In this document: one piece after another, positions 1 to 8,475 of the stretch
How the letters are laid out: the number at the start of each line of letters is the position of its first letter
How positions within the stretch are numbered: position 1 is the stretch's first letter
DNA from: Candidatus Stahliibacteriota bacterium
Lineage (GTDB): Bacteria > Hydrothermota > Tepidihabitantia > B3-TA06
Direction: 5' to 3'
Assembly (NCBI GenBank): GCA_004375895.1
Contig: SOJW01000011.1
Coordinates: 637-64,636, forward strand
DNA: 64,000 nucleotides
The notes under the pieces: generated by a model
What the model saw: only the letters and a program-made list of their open reading frames with translations
The model's database searches: none
What the model was told of the DNA's origin: nothing
Made by a program: the position numbers and the translations under genes

Positions 1-999
1 GAAAAGATCGGCTTGGCCCACGGCTCGGGCGGCAGGAAGACGGCAAGGCTCATACGCGAACTCTTCCTTACGTATCTGGGCAACCCGATTCTAGAACGGT
101 TGGAGGACTCGGCAGAGCTCCCCTCGGACAGGGGGCGGATAGCGTTAACAACCGACAGCCACGTAGTGTACCCCTTGTTCTTCCCTGGCGGGGATATCGG
201 TAAGCTTGCCGTGTGCGGGACATTGAACGATCTTGCGGTTAAAGGAGCCAGACCGCGTTTCATGACCGCGGGCTTCGTTCTGCGCGCAGGCATGAAGATA
301 GAAGCGCTTGAGCGAATCGTTCGCTCCATGGCCGAGGAGTTAAACAAAGCTGGAGTCCAGCTTATTGCCGGCGACACCAAGGTGATCGAGAAGGGCCAGG
401 TAGACGACTGCTACATAACCACCACCGGCTTCGGAGTGCTTGAACACGATAAGACCTTCGCGCCCGAGCGGATAGAACCGGACGATACGATCTGCGTTTC
501 AGGCACCATCGGTGACCACGAGGCGGCAGTACTCCTCGCGCGCGGCGAGTTCGGGCTCGAACATCATATCTCCTCAGACATAGCCAACGTCTGGCCATTG
601 GTCGAGCGTTTGATTAAGGCGGACGTTGATGTCAAGGCGATGCGCGACCCGACAAGGGGAGGTCTTGCCACCACCCTGAACGAGATGGCATCGGCGGCAG
701 GGTTGGGGATGGTCATAAGGGAGACCGATGTTCCTTTCAGCCCTGCGGTCAAGGGCACAGCCGAGCTTTTGGGGCTTGATCCCTACTACCTGGCGTCCGA
801 GGGAAGGTTGATTGCAATCGTTGCGAAAGGCCATGCCGAACGAGCACTTGAGGTGCTACGAGCCGAAGAATTAGGTAAAGATGCTGCCGTGATCGGCGAG
901 GTTCGCGGTAAACCTGAGGGGCTGTGGATCGAGACCTTATTGGGGAGTGAACGACCGCTTCTTATCCTTGAAGGCGAGCAGCTGCCGCGTATCTGTTAA
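1..999 (+). CDS. hypE: Hydrogenase maturation protein HypE, 5' end outside the window
   Basis: Frame is open from base 1 (EKIGLAHGSGG). AIR-synthase-like sequence pattern. Diagnostic C-terminal PRIC. Confidence 0.85.
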   Translation, partial: EKIGLAHGSGGRKTARLIRELFLTYLGNPILERLEDSAELPSDRGRIALTTDSHVVYPLFFPGGDIGKLAVCGTLNDLAVKGARPRFMTAGFVLRAGMKIEALERIVRSMAEELNKAGVQLIAGDTKVIEKGQVDDCYITTTGFGVLEHDKTFAPERIEPDDTICVSGTIGDHEAAVLLARGEFGLEHHISSDIANVWPLVERLIKADVDVKAMRDPTRGGLATTLNEMASAAGLGMVIRETDVPFSPAVKGTAELLGLDPYYLASEGRLIAIVAKGHAERALEVLRAEELGKDAAVIGEVRGKPEGLWIETLLGSERPLLILEGEQLPRIC

Positions 1000-1002
1000 T
1001 CA

Positions 1003-1033
1003 ATGCTCTTTTTGCCCGGGGGCAAAAGATCGC
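1003..1033 (+). repeat. R1 hairpin element copy (AATGCTCTTTTTG CCCGGGGG CAAAAGATCGC)
   Basis: Starts 4 nt after the hypE stop and is co-oriented with it. Conserved arms with a copy-specific palindromic core. Confidence 0.7.
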
Positions 1034-1078
1034 GATTGAAACCATCTCGATAAACCAACCGAAAGAAAAAACATATTC

Positions 1079-1134
1079 TCACCCCCACCTCAATCCTCCG
1101 CCAGACGGTGGCACTTCGCCCCATCAATGGGGAG
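1079..1134 (+). repeat. R3 C-tract/G-tract multi-hairpin element copy
   Basis: TCACCCCCA...CCAGACGGTGGCA...CCCCATCAATGGGGAGG. Homologous to 24898-24952, 24769-24821, 12921-12986 and 13068-13123. Confidence 0.6.
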
Positions 1135-1142
1135 GAAGAATC

Positions 1143-1169
1143 TGTAGGGGCCGACCTTCAGGTCGGCCC
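1143..1169. repeat. R4 palindromic hairpin TGTAGGGGCCGACC-TTCA-GGTCGGCCC
   Basis: Near-perfect hairpin. A half-copy lies at 1218-1233. The GTAGGGGCCGAC prefix recurs at 39509 and a related palindrome at 58749. Confidence 0.5.
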
Positions 1170-1368
1170 GCTCTCCTAACGGATTGGCCGACGTTAACGC
1201 CTTCGACGTTCGTTACACGTCAGGTCGGCCCGCATACCTTCCGATAGACCCCCAGCCCGCTCCACAATGTCCGCACTATACGGGGTTGGTTGCCTTGACA
1301 GGAGTTTAAAAAAGCGTAGGCTTTATCTGTTTCTAAAAGTAGAAGGGCGTACAACAAGGAGGAACAAA

Positions 1369-2085
1369 ATGAGAAAAGCTCTACTTTCCATAGTATTGCT
1401 AGGTGCAATACTTACCACAAGCTCATGTAAGGCACCGACACTGATGAGTGACGACGCATATGCGGCGGTTTTTCTGGCTGACTGGATCAATTATTGGGCT
1501 TGGTGCAAATCAGGTGAACATGCTGTACTCCTCTACGACCTCGAAAATGAATTGGATGACCTTGAGTATGAATCTCATTATGAACTCTCCGAAACACAGA
1601 AAAGAAGAATGAAAAAGAAGTTACAAAGAGAAATAGACAAAAGAACAAAACGAGCTATCGCTTCCATAAGTAAGGAAACATGTGAGGACTATGGTTATAC
1701 ATACGAACAGTACCGCAGGAAACAAAGAAAGGTAGTAAAGGAAAACAAAGAACTACTTAAATGGCTTTTTGAAGTAGGGCATCTACTGTATGCGGATGAG
1801 TACACCTACACACCGCATGTACCGAAAAAGGTCTCTGAAGCGGCAATGAGTGATGATACATATGCGGCAATCGTTCTAACTTACCTGATCAAACTACGAG
1901 CTTGGGTGAATGAACATTCTGTTCGGGAATTCACTGATCAAGTTTCAAATTCCTTTCTGGCCGAAACAGCCAAAGAATACGGCTACACACTCGAACAGTT
2001 CAACGAAAAGGCGAGCGCTGTATGTGGAGGTGACAGGAACCGCATTCCAAAACCTCTTAAACATGCAGAGAACTTGTTGTTCTAA
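1369..2085 (+). CDS. Lipoprotein of unknown function with an internal two-fold repeat
   Basis: ATG at 1369 is preceded by AAGGAGG. Signal peptide with lipobox (LTTSSC). MSDDAYAAVFL...YGYTYEQY is repeated as MSDDTYAAIVL...YGYTLEQF. AT-rich. Confidence 0.6.
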   Translation: MRKALLSIVLLGAILTTSSCKAPTLMSDDAYAAVFLADWINYWAWCKSGEHAVLLYDLENELDDLEYESHYELSETQKRRMKKKLQREIDKRTKRAIASISKETCEDYGYTYEQYRRKQRKVVKENKELLKWLFEVGHLLYADEYTYTPHVPKKVSEAAMSDDTYAAIVLTYLIKLRAWVNEHSVREFTDQVSNSFLAETAKEYGYTLEQFNEKASAVCGGDRNRIPKPLKHAENLLF

Positions 2086-2094
2086 GGAGGAATT

Positions 2095-2667
2095 GTGAGA
2101 AAAATAACACTACTTTCTATAGTGCTGCTAGGCATAGTATTCGCCTCCGATCCAACAAACCCAACAACTCCTACAACTCATGTCTACTTTTCTCCTTCTT
2201 ACACTGAGGCAGTCTGGGTTAATGAAGAGACTGGCGAATCGGGTTATGATGCAGTTTGCCCTGGTGTAATAAGTATGGAAATATGTCAAGCATCCAAAAC
2301 GATTGATGTCGCTATGTACAGTTTCACAGGTGTGTACTATGCGTCTTGCTTGATATATGCGGCGGAAAAAGGAGTAAAGGTTAGGGTTCTACTCGATAAA
2401 CAACAAGCAGGTAGCAAGTTCTGTCAAGCTGCATACTTGGACAGCAACGGCATAGAAGTAAGGATAGAAGACTGGTCCGGCTACATGCATCACAAATTCG
2501 CAGTATTTGATTCCTCGAAAGTCCTTACAGGCTCCTACAACTGGATGACCCACGCAGAGGACAACAACGAAACCCTTATACTATTTGAAGATGATTCATT
2601 ATCCTGCCAATTTCTGCAGGAATTTCAACGATTGTGGGAAAAAGCCCGTAAGGTCCCACTAAAATAG
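2095..2667 (+). CDS. Secreted PLD-superfamily protein, Nuc-like nuclease/phosphodiesterase with a single HKD motif
   Basis: GTG start after AAGGAGG. N-terminal signal peptide. Motif HHKFAVFDSSKVLTGSYN fits HxK(x4)D(x6)GSxN. Confidence 0.75.
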   Translation: MRKITLLSIVLLGIVFASDPTNPTTPTTHVYFSPSYTEAVWVNEETGESGYDAVCPGVISMEICQASKTIDVAMYSFTGVYYASCLIYAAEKGVKVRVLLDKQQAGSKFCQAAYLDSNGIEVRIEDWSGYMHHKFAVFDSSKVLTGSYNWMTHAEDNNETLILFEDDSLSCQFLQEFQRLWEKARKVPLK

Positions 2668-2799
2668 AACCACAAAAACAGGCAGTACCCACTGGTAAAA
2701 CACCCTGTATTTCGTTGTATAAGGCGTTGTAACAGGTTTTGCAGTCAAACACGTCCAAAGGATTAAGATTGGGTAAGCTCCATGGATTCCCACGCTTTA

Positions 2800-2840
2800 C
2801 GTCTGAAAAGGGAAAGCACACAGGCTGAAGAGCCTGTGCT
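2800..2840 (-). terminator. Putative intrinsic terminator of scpA
   Basis: Hairpin AGCACA(CA)GGCT-GAAG-AGCCTGTGCT, followed on the minus strand by TTTCCCTTTTC. Confidence 0.45.
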
Positions 2841-2852
2841 ACATTAAGATAA

Positions 2853-3536
2853 CTAAACTGCTTCCACCACGAAGTCGGCGAACGGTTCGGGCTGGGTGAC
2901 GCGAATCTTGCGGAGACGAAGCTGCTCAAGCACCGCCAGGAACAGGATAAGCATGTCAAAGAGACTCGATCGGCGCTCGCGCATGGTGGCAAAGAATTCA
3001 AACCTTTTCTGCCTGGCAAGGGTTTCCATCAACCAATCGCCGGCCTCCTCGATGGTCCAGTCGTCACGGGTCAAAAGCATGGGCTGACGCGGACGCTCGC
3101 GCTCAAGAAGAACGCTGAAGGATTGCAGAAGATCGGTGATCTTGCCCTCGCCTTCCGGCGTGATTATCTGTCCCCTGGGATAGTGCCGCAGGTTGTGCTC
3201 ACGCCGCTCCTGGAGGAACGCCGCAGTTTCCCGGTATCGGGCAAACTCGGCAAGGATACGCGAAAGTGTAACCGGCTCGGAAATCTCCTCTTCCTCCCAC
3301 TGTATGCTCTCCCGCAAGAGCACCCGCATCTTCCAGCGCAAGAGTATAGAAGCCATGAGAAGGAAATCGGCGAGCTCGGAAAGATCCGCACCCATAGTCT
3401 GGACGTAGGCTATGAACTCATCCGCCAGCCGGGCAACCGGGATGCGAAGCACATCCAGCTTGTCCCGATGAACGAAGTAGAGAAGAAGATCAACCGGCCC
3501 TTCGTAGGCCTCAAGTGAAACGCGGTAAGGACTCAA
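2853..3536 (-). CDS. scpA: Segregation and condensation protein A
   Basis: N-terminus MSPYRVSLEAYEGPVDLLLYFV is typical of ScpA. TTG start overlaps the upstream stop (TTGA). Confidence 0.85.
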   Translation of the reverse strand: MSPYRVSLEAYEGPVDLLLYFVHRDKLDVLRIPVARLADEFIAYVQTMGADLSELADFLLMASILLRWKMRVLLRESIQWEEEEISEPVTLSRILAEFARYRETAAFLQERREHNLRHYPRGQIITPEGEGKITDLLQSFSVLLERERPRQPMLLTRDDWTIEEAGDWLMETLARQKRFEFFATMRERRSSLFDMLILFLAVLEQLRLRKIRVTQPEPFADFVVEAV

Positions 3537-5473
3537 CGCAGATACTCGTAGACCGTGCGTTTTTCACCGATAATCTCAAGCTCGCCGAATTCGACGGCCT
3601 TGGAGCCGGCAGGTAGATGTTTGAAAACACCATCTTCGATGAGGATCATCTTCGTTTTCTGCTCGAAGTTCGTAAGCGCCAACTGACACGCCCATACGAG
3701 GGGTTCCCCGAACACCGCCAGATCCACAAGAGGCACCTTGCCCAGGGTGCTTACAAAGGTCTCGCCGCTGGCAAGTCCGATACCCAGGCTAAACTCCCCT
3801 ATGCCCTCGGTTACGTACCTGGCGTTAAAGTTGGTAAAGAAACGCCGTATCTCAAGGCTGGCATGACACGCCTGGGCGCAGCATTCCTTTCCTGTGAAAA
3901 GAAACCTGTTGGAGTTGCCTGTAAATGACACCCTGATACCCTCATGTTTACGGCCGATCTCAAGAAGCGTGGACCGGAACTCCTCGAAGCTCGCAAGCGC
4001 CTCCTTTAGGCTCTTTTCCTTCTTTTGAAAATCCAGGTAGACAGCCATCACCACAGACTCGCGATTGACCCTCAGATAAGGTAAATCCATGAACCGCTCG
4101 ATGTAGGCCTTCTCCTGGTTCAGAGGGAAGTATTGCCCAACCATCTGTTTGACATAGGTGCGACGCCTTCCCTCTGCATAGTGATAGATGAAAGCACCGA
4201 TCACCACCGCAAGAATGGATGCAAAGAGTGGTGTAAAGAATGCGATCCTTGTTCCGTTTGCAGCCGATAGGGCCACCACAATGTAGAAGATTGCAACAAG
4301 CACTGCGAAAGCCGGAAGCGTAAACTTACGCCAGGGAATCATAACCGAAAACGCCCCCAACCCTGCGAGGAGCAAGGTCATGATGAAGGTCGTCACTATA
4401 CTCGGCGGAGCCGCCTGCCTGCGCTGGATAAGGTTTGTCAAGAGATTCGCCACAAGAACCATCCTCGGCATGGCACCGTCTACAGGCGTTGCTACGCTCA
4501 TTGCGTAGGGTTCGAAGGAGGAACCTATTATGACGACTTTATCGGCAAAGGTATCCGATGCTACCTTTCCACCCAGAATTGCTGATACAGAGACCCGTGT
4601 GAAATGGGCAAGGTTTGAGGTGTAGTGGATACGATAGGCGTAGCCTTCGGCGAGCTTGATGGCCTCTTTTCCCAGCGTGAGAACCCGACTGCGCGGTAGA
4701 TCGATATCCTCGCGTCCCTCTACGGCCTGCAGCAGGGTCAATGAGAGCGAGGTGTAGAAATTCCCCTTGCACAAAGCGATAAGCGGGACCTTTCTGACCA
4801 CTCCACCCTTGTCATAGATCACCTCCATGTAGCCCATGCCGTTAGAGGCAAGCAGCCACCTCATTGGAGGGGCAAGGAAATCCGCTTTATCCAAAATCCC
4901 TGTGTTTGCGCGAAGCGAATCCTTACTGCGATTTGGGATCCGTTCGGCGAAGGGCAGTATCTCATTCGAGTAGCTCTCATCAAGCATCTTGAACCCAAAG
5001 TAGATATTGTTGTTGGATCGAACGGTGTAGATAAGCGCTTCATCCCACTCCGCGTAGGCAAAGAGGCTGTCCAGTATCTCGCCGGTGCGGCCAGCAGACA
5101 GACGGAACCATCTGGAAAGGGAATCCGTCTTGGCCCAGCGGAGTATGCCCTGCGCTTCGGAGGGGAATGAATACCCGCGAAAGAAGGGCAAGGTTACCCC
5201 TACCGCCTTTGCGTACGCCAGCTGCTCAAACACCTGGGGCAGCCATAAGTCCGGCCAAAACAGCCTATCGCCAAGCTCAGCCACGCTCGCCTCATCCAGA
5301 TCAACGAGCACGATGTCTGAGTTCGGACGAAGTGAGGTGCGCTCCAATTCATCGTGCATGGGCCTATCTAAAGCCTCGAAGGGATTGCCAACCAATATCT
5401 GGATAACCAAAAGGATGAATGCCAAACCAAATCCTACAATCGCGGCATCTCGCAGCCTACGTAGATCTATCAC
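3533..5473 (-). CDS. CHASE2-domain membrane sensor with a C-terminal nucleotide-cyclase-like domain
   Basis: N-terminal TM segment, a CHASE2-like periplasmic region (VLVDLDEASV...WP), a cluster of TM helices around aa 370-440, then a cyclase-homology-like C-terminus. GTG start overlaps the upstream stop (GTGA). Confidence 0.65.
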   Translation of the reverse strand: MIDLRRLRDAAIVGFGLAFILLVIQILVGNPFEALDRPMHDELERTSLRPNSDIVLVDLDEASVAELGDRLFWPDLWLPQVFEQLAYAKAVGVTLPFFRGYSFPSEAQGILRWAKTDSLSRWFRLSAGRTGEILDSLFAYAEWDEALIYTVRSNNNIYFGFKMLDESYSNEILPFAERIPNRSKDSLRANTGILDKADFLAPPMRWLLASNGMGYMEVIYDKGGVVRKVPLIALCKGNFYTSLSLTLLQAVEGREDIDLPRSRVLTLGKEAIKLAEGYAYRIHYTSNLAHFTRVSVSAILGGKVASDTFADKVVIIGSSFEPYAMSVATPVDGAMPRMVLVANLLTNLIQRRQAAPPSIVTTFIMTLLLAGLGAFSVMIPWRKFTLPAFAVLVAIFYIVVALSAANGTRIAFFTPLFASILAVVIGAFIYHYAEGRRRTYVKQMVGQYFPLNQEKAYIERFMDLPYLRVNRESVVMAVYLDFQKKEKSLKEALASFEEFRSTLLEIGRKHEGIRVSFTGNSNRFLFTGKECCAQACHASLEIRRFFTNFNARYVTEGIGEFSLGIGLASGETFVSTLGKVPLVDLAVFGEPLVWACQLALTNFEQKTKMILIEDGVFKHLPAGSKAVEFGELEIIGEKRTVYEYLR

Positions 5474-6507
5474 AGCTCCTCCAGTTCATAATCTCTTTTT
5501 CCCAACCCTATCCGCTCACCGTGAGCAAGTTGGATCTCAGGATCAACCTCTTTATGGGCTGAGCCTATCTCTTCTTCCACCATATCCAGACACGCCTGAT
5601 CAACTGCCACCGGATCACGCGAAGCAAGGATACCTACATCCTCATGGATAGGTTCCATCTCTTCCCCCAAACAGTCGCACTCCGACGTGATGTTGATAAG
5701 GAAGTTCACGTAGAAAGCCTCCTTGCCCGAAAGTGCTGCAAGGGCATACTCGGCCATCTTCTGTGATGCGGACTCTGATGCCTCGTTCCATTTGATTCGC
5801 ACCGCCCTGGCAGTGCATACCCCGATGCATCCTGCACAGCCCGTGCACTTGGCACTAACTATAACAAAATCCTCACCCTTGGTCTCGATTGCATCGGAAG
5901 GACAACGAATCTGACATTCGCCGCAGCTTGTGCAGCGCTCAACATCGATCCAGGGCTTTGAAAGGCTGTGTATCTGGAGCTTTCCGCCCCTTGCAGCGCA
6001 GCCCATAGAGAAGTTCTTGATCGTGGCGCCGAAGCCTGAAAGCATGTGCCCCTTGAAGTGCGAGAGGCCCACAATACAGGGTATGTTGGGAACGAGTGAT
6101 GCGATCTGCGCCTCGCGGATGTGCTTGCCCTTTACCGGAATGCGGGCCGAGCTCTCGCCTCGCATACCGTCTGCTATAAGAAAAGGCGCCCCAACCTTTT
6201 CCAGGGAGAATCCGTGTTTTGCTGCGAGATTAAGGTGATCCACCGTATTACCACGCTGCCCGTAGTACAGGGTGTTGGTCTCAAAGAGGAACGGGCGCGC
6301 GCCTGCTTCCTTAAGGAAACGCACCCCGACGCGTGCAAAATCGGCAGGCACGAAGGTTGTGTTGCCATTCTCACCAACGTGAACCTTCATTCCACAAAAC
6401 GCATCGTTGGAGAAGCCTCCATCTATCAGGCGACCCAGCAGCAAGGGGAGGCGCTCAAGAAGCTCCCTTTTATCGCGGCCCGGCAAAAACAAGACCTTCG
6501 ATTTCAT
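5470..6507 (-). CDS. DUF362-family protein with two 4Fe-4S ferredoxin motifs
   Basis: CTSCGECQIRCP and CTGCAGCIGVC motifs embedded in a DUF362-like sequence. Confidence 0.7.
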   Translation of the reverse strand: MKSKVLFLPGRDKRELLERLPLLLGRLIDGGFSNDAFCGMKVHVGENGNTTFVPADFARVGVRFLKEAGARPFLFETNTLYYGQRGNTVDHLNLAAKHGFSLEKVGAPFLIADGMRGESSARIPVKGKHIREAQIASLVPNIPCIVGLSHFKGHMLSGFGATIKNFSMGCAARGGKLQIHSLSKPWIDVERCTSCGECQIRCPSDAIETKGEDFVIVSAKCTGCAGCIGVCTARAVRIKWNEASESASQKMAEYALAALSGKEAFYVNFLINITSECDCLGEEMEPIHEDVGILASRDPVAVDQACLDMVEEEIGSAHKEVDPEIQLAHGERIGLGKRDYELEEL

Positions 6508-6541
6508 TGGAGTATGATAAGGAGAGCCTGCCTGCTGTCAA
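6508..6541 (-). promoter_or_regulatory. Sigma70-like promoter abutting the DUF362 start codon (leaderless layout)
   Basis: On the minus strand: TTGACA (6541-6536), 16 nt, TATCAT (6519-6514), 6 nt, ATG at 6507. No SD sequence. Confidence 0.5.
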
Positions 6542-6547
6542 GATGAT

Positions 6548-6592
6548 ACCCCACTCGAACACTTCGTATTCGAGCGGGGACCCCGAATAAAT
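6548..6592 (+). repeat. R2 hairpin element copy
   Basis: ACCCCA-CTCGAACA-CTTCG-TATTCGAG-CGGGGACCCCGAATAAAT. Lies between two divergent promoters. Confidence 0.6.
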
Positions 6593-6604
6593 ATCCTAGT
6601 CGCA

Positions 6605-6640
6605 TTGACAGAGAAAGCACGACGGGTATGCTTGTCTGAA
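6605..6640 (+). promoter_or_regulatory. Sigma70-like promoter abutting the DUF2079 start codon (leaderless layout)
   Basis: TTGACA (6605-6610), 16 nt, TATGCT (6627-6632), 8 nt, ATG at 6641. The ORF-track TTG start at 6605 is the -35 box itself. Confidence 0.45.
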
Positions 6641-8011
6641 ATGGTCAATAAGAGCTTCTGGAGCAAACGCCGACTCCTTGCGTTCTCAGGCATCGTTTTT
6701 GTGATCCTCGGAACCTACAAGACCTTACAGCACCTTACCTTCAACACCTACGCCTACGACCTGGGGATAAGGGCCAGTATTCTTTACAACATCGCGTTCC
6801 GTGGCAGGGTGTGGGATTCGCTGCACTCTTTTCACGGGTTCAGCGGCCATTTTCACCCCATAAGTTTCCTTCTTGTCGGTCTGTACCGGCTCTGGCCGAA
6901 CGCCTTGCTCCTGTGTCTCCTTCAGGCGCTTGCCGTTGCCTTGGGGCTTTTCTTCCTCATCAAGCTGCTTGAGGGTTGGGTAGAAGATCGGAGAAAACAT
7001 CTTGTTATCATCGCGCTCTTCCTTGCCAACCCCTTCCTTCACCATGTGCTTCGCTTCGACTTCCACCCCGAGGTATTCGCTCTGCCCCTCGTGTTTTGCT
7101 TCTTCTATCTCTTTGAGGGAAAGAAGATCTGGGGGGCTCTACTCCCGGCACTCGCCCTTTTGACCCTTAAGGAGGAGATGGGCCTCGTGTTGCTGGCCCT
7201 GGGGATTTACGCGTTGGCGAAGCGAAAATGGATTCTAGGGTCGGTGATGGCGGTGATCGGAATCGCCTGGCTGCCATTCGTGCTGTTCATCGTTCTGCCT
7301 TGCTTCCGTGCACCCGGCCAGAGCGAGTTAATCTCTGCCCACTACGCGAGCCTGGGATCGAACGCCGCAGAGATTATTACCAGCATCCTTCGCCGTCCCT
7401 GGGTGCTTATTACCCAGACCTTTGGACAACCTGGAAAACTCTTGACAGTGGCTTTGCTTGCTGCATCCGTTGGGGCCCTCGCCCTTACAAGATGGGAGGC
7501 CGCACTTATCTTACCCTTGCTACTCGCCCACCTGCTCTCCGATGGCCCCCACCAGTCAAGCCTGACCTACCAGTACTCGGCAGGGATACTGCCTTTGCTG
7601 TTCTTCGCTTCGATAAAAGGAATAAGGAGGATAAAGCTGCCAGTCGCCTTGATACTGGTCGGACTGGCCGTCCCTGCTTTGGTTTTGCGATTCCCCAATC
7701 CGTTCAAGATGGGGGTAAACCTGAATAGGAGTCTGCAAACTCACCGGTTGATTGAAAGGATTCCTGCCGATGCTTCCCTCTCCGTAAGCAACAACCTGGC
7801 TCCTCATCTTGTAAACCGTAAGGACGTCGTGCTTTATCCGCAGATCGAGGATGCGGATTACGTGCTGATTGACCTCGAGGGGAATATCTATCCGGCGCAG
7901 TGGGAGACTCGGTATGAGGATGCTTGCAGGCTAACCACAGGCTACGATACCCTGGCTGCACAGGACGGTCTTCTGCTCTTAAAACTCAAGAAAACACAAG
8001 AACCAGATTAA
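6641..8011 (+). CDS. Polytopic membrane protein, DUF2079-like
   Basis: About 12 hydrophobic helices plus a C-terminal soluble domain. Start moved to ATG 6641. Confidence 0.6.
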   Translation: MVNKSFWSKRRLLAFSGIVFVILGTYKTLQHLTFNTYAYDLGIRASILYNIAFRGRVWDSLHSFHGFSGHFHPISFLLVGLYRLWPNALLLCLLQALAVALGLFFLIKLLEGWVEDRRKHLVIIALFLANPFLHHVLRFDFHPEVFALPLVFCFFYLFEGKKIWGALLPALALLTLKEEMGLVLLALGIYALAKRKWILGSVMAVIGIAWLPFVLFIVLPCFRAPGQSELISAHYASLGSNAAEIITSILRRPWVLITQTFGQPGKLLTVALLAASVGALALTRWEAALILPLLLAHLLSDGPHQSSLTYQYSAGILPLLFFASIKGIRRIKLPVALILVGLAVPALVLRFPNPFKMGVNLNRSLQTHRLIERIPADASLSVSNNLAPHLVNRKDVVLYPQIEDADYVLIDLEGNIYPAQWETRYEDACRLTTGYDTLAAQDGLLLLKLKKTQEPD

Positions 8012-8049
8012 ATTCGGTGGAGTGGGGCGGAGTTTAACAGGTAAGCGGA

Positions 8050-8472
8050 CTACTTCTCGCCTACCAGCTGGACGTGCAGGGTGCGCTCGCGGGGGCGGTT
8101 GTCGAAATCTAAGAAGACAACCTGCTGCCAGGTCCCAAGTATCAGCTTGCCGTTGCTGAAGGGAATTGAGGCAGACGCTCCGATAAGTGCGGAGCGCAGG
8201 TGGGAGAAGCCGTTGCCGTCACCCCAGGCCGCGTCATGATGATAGGATTTGTTTGAGGGCGTGATCTTCTCCAGAACCTCGCAGAGATCGGCAAGTACGC
8301 CCCGCTCGTACTCGATGGTGGTTATCCCGCCTGTGGAACCGGCAAGGATCACGCTCAATACGCCCTCGCGCAACCCGCTTTCTGAAAGTATCTCCCTAAG
8401 CCTGGGTGTTATGTCATGAACGTCGCAGAACCCCTTGGTGCTCAAGGAGATCTTATCTGAGAAAACCGCCAT
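8050..8472 (-). CDS. yjbQ: YjbQ/UPF0047 family protein (secondary thiamine-phosphate synthase-like)
   Basis: About 140 aa with a full-length family-typical pattern (ISLSTKG..DITP...GVL...HTT-like...TWQ..VF.DFD.RPR.R). Confidence 0.75.
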   Translation of the reverse strand: MAVFSDKISLSTKGFCDVHDITPRLREILSESGLREGVLSVILAGSTGGITTIEYERGVLADLCEVLEKITPSNKSYHHDAAWGDGNGFSHLRSALIGASASIPFSNGKLILGTWQQVVFLDFDNRPRERTLHVQLVGEK

Positions 8473-8475
8473 ACT

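Noticed and set aside
1-12. GAAAAGATCGG at the window start resembles the 3' arm of the R1 element
   Set aside because: It lies inside the hypE reading frame (EKIG). It lacks the GATCGC ending and the upstream arm and hairpin. It is treated as a coincidence.
1267-1368. N-terminal extension of the lipoprotein ORF (MSALYGVGCLDRS...)
   Set aside because: The ATG at 1369 has a strong AAGGAGG and begins a canonical lipoprotein signal peptide. The upstream part overlaps repeat-rich DNA.
6605-6640. TTG 6605 as the start of the DUF2079 membrane protein, and likewise TTG 12840 for the O-antigen-ligase-like gene
   Set aside because: Both TTGs are the first bases of TTGACA -35 boxes, each with a properly spaced -10 box. 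Downstream ATGs (6641 and 12759) precede the first TM helix.
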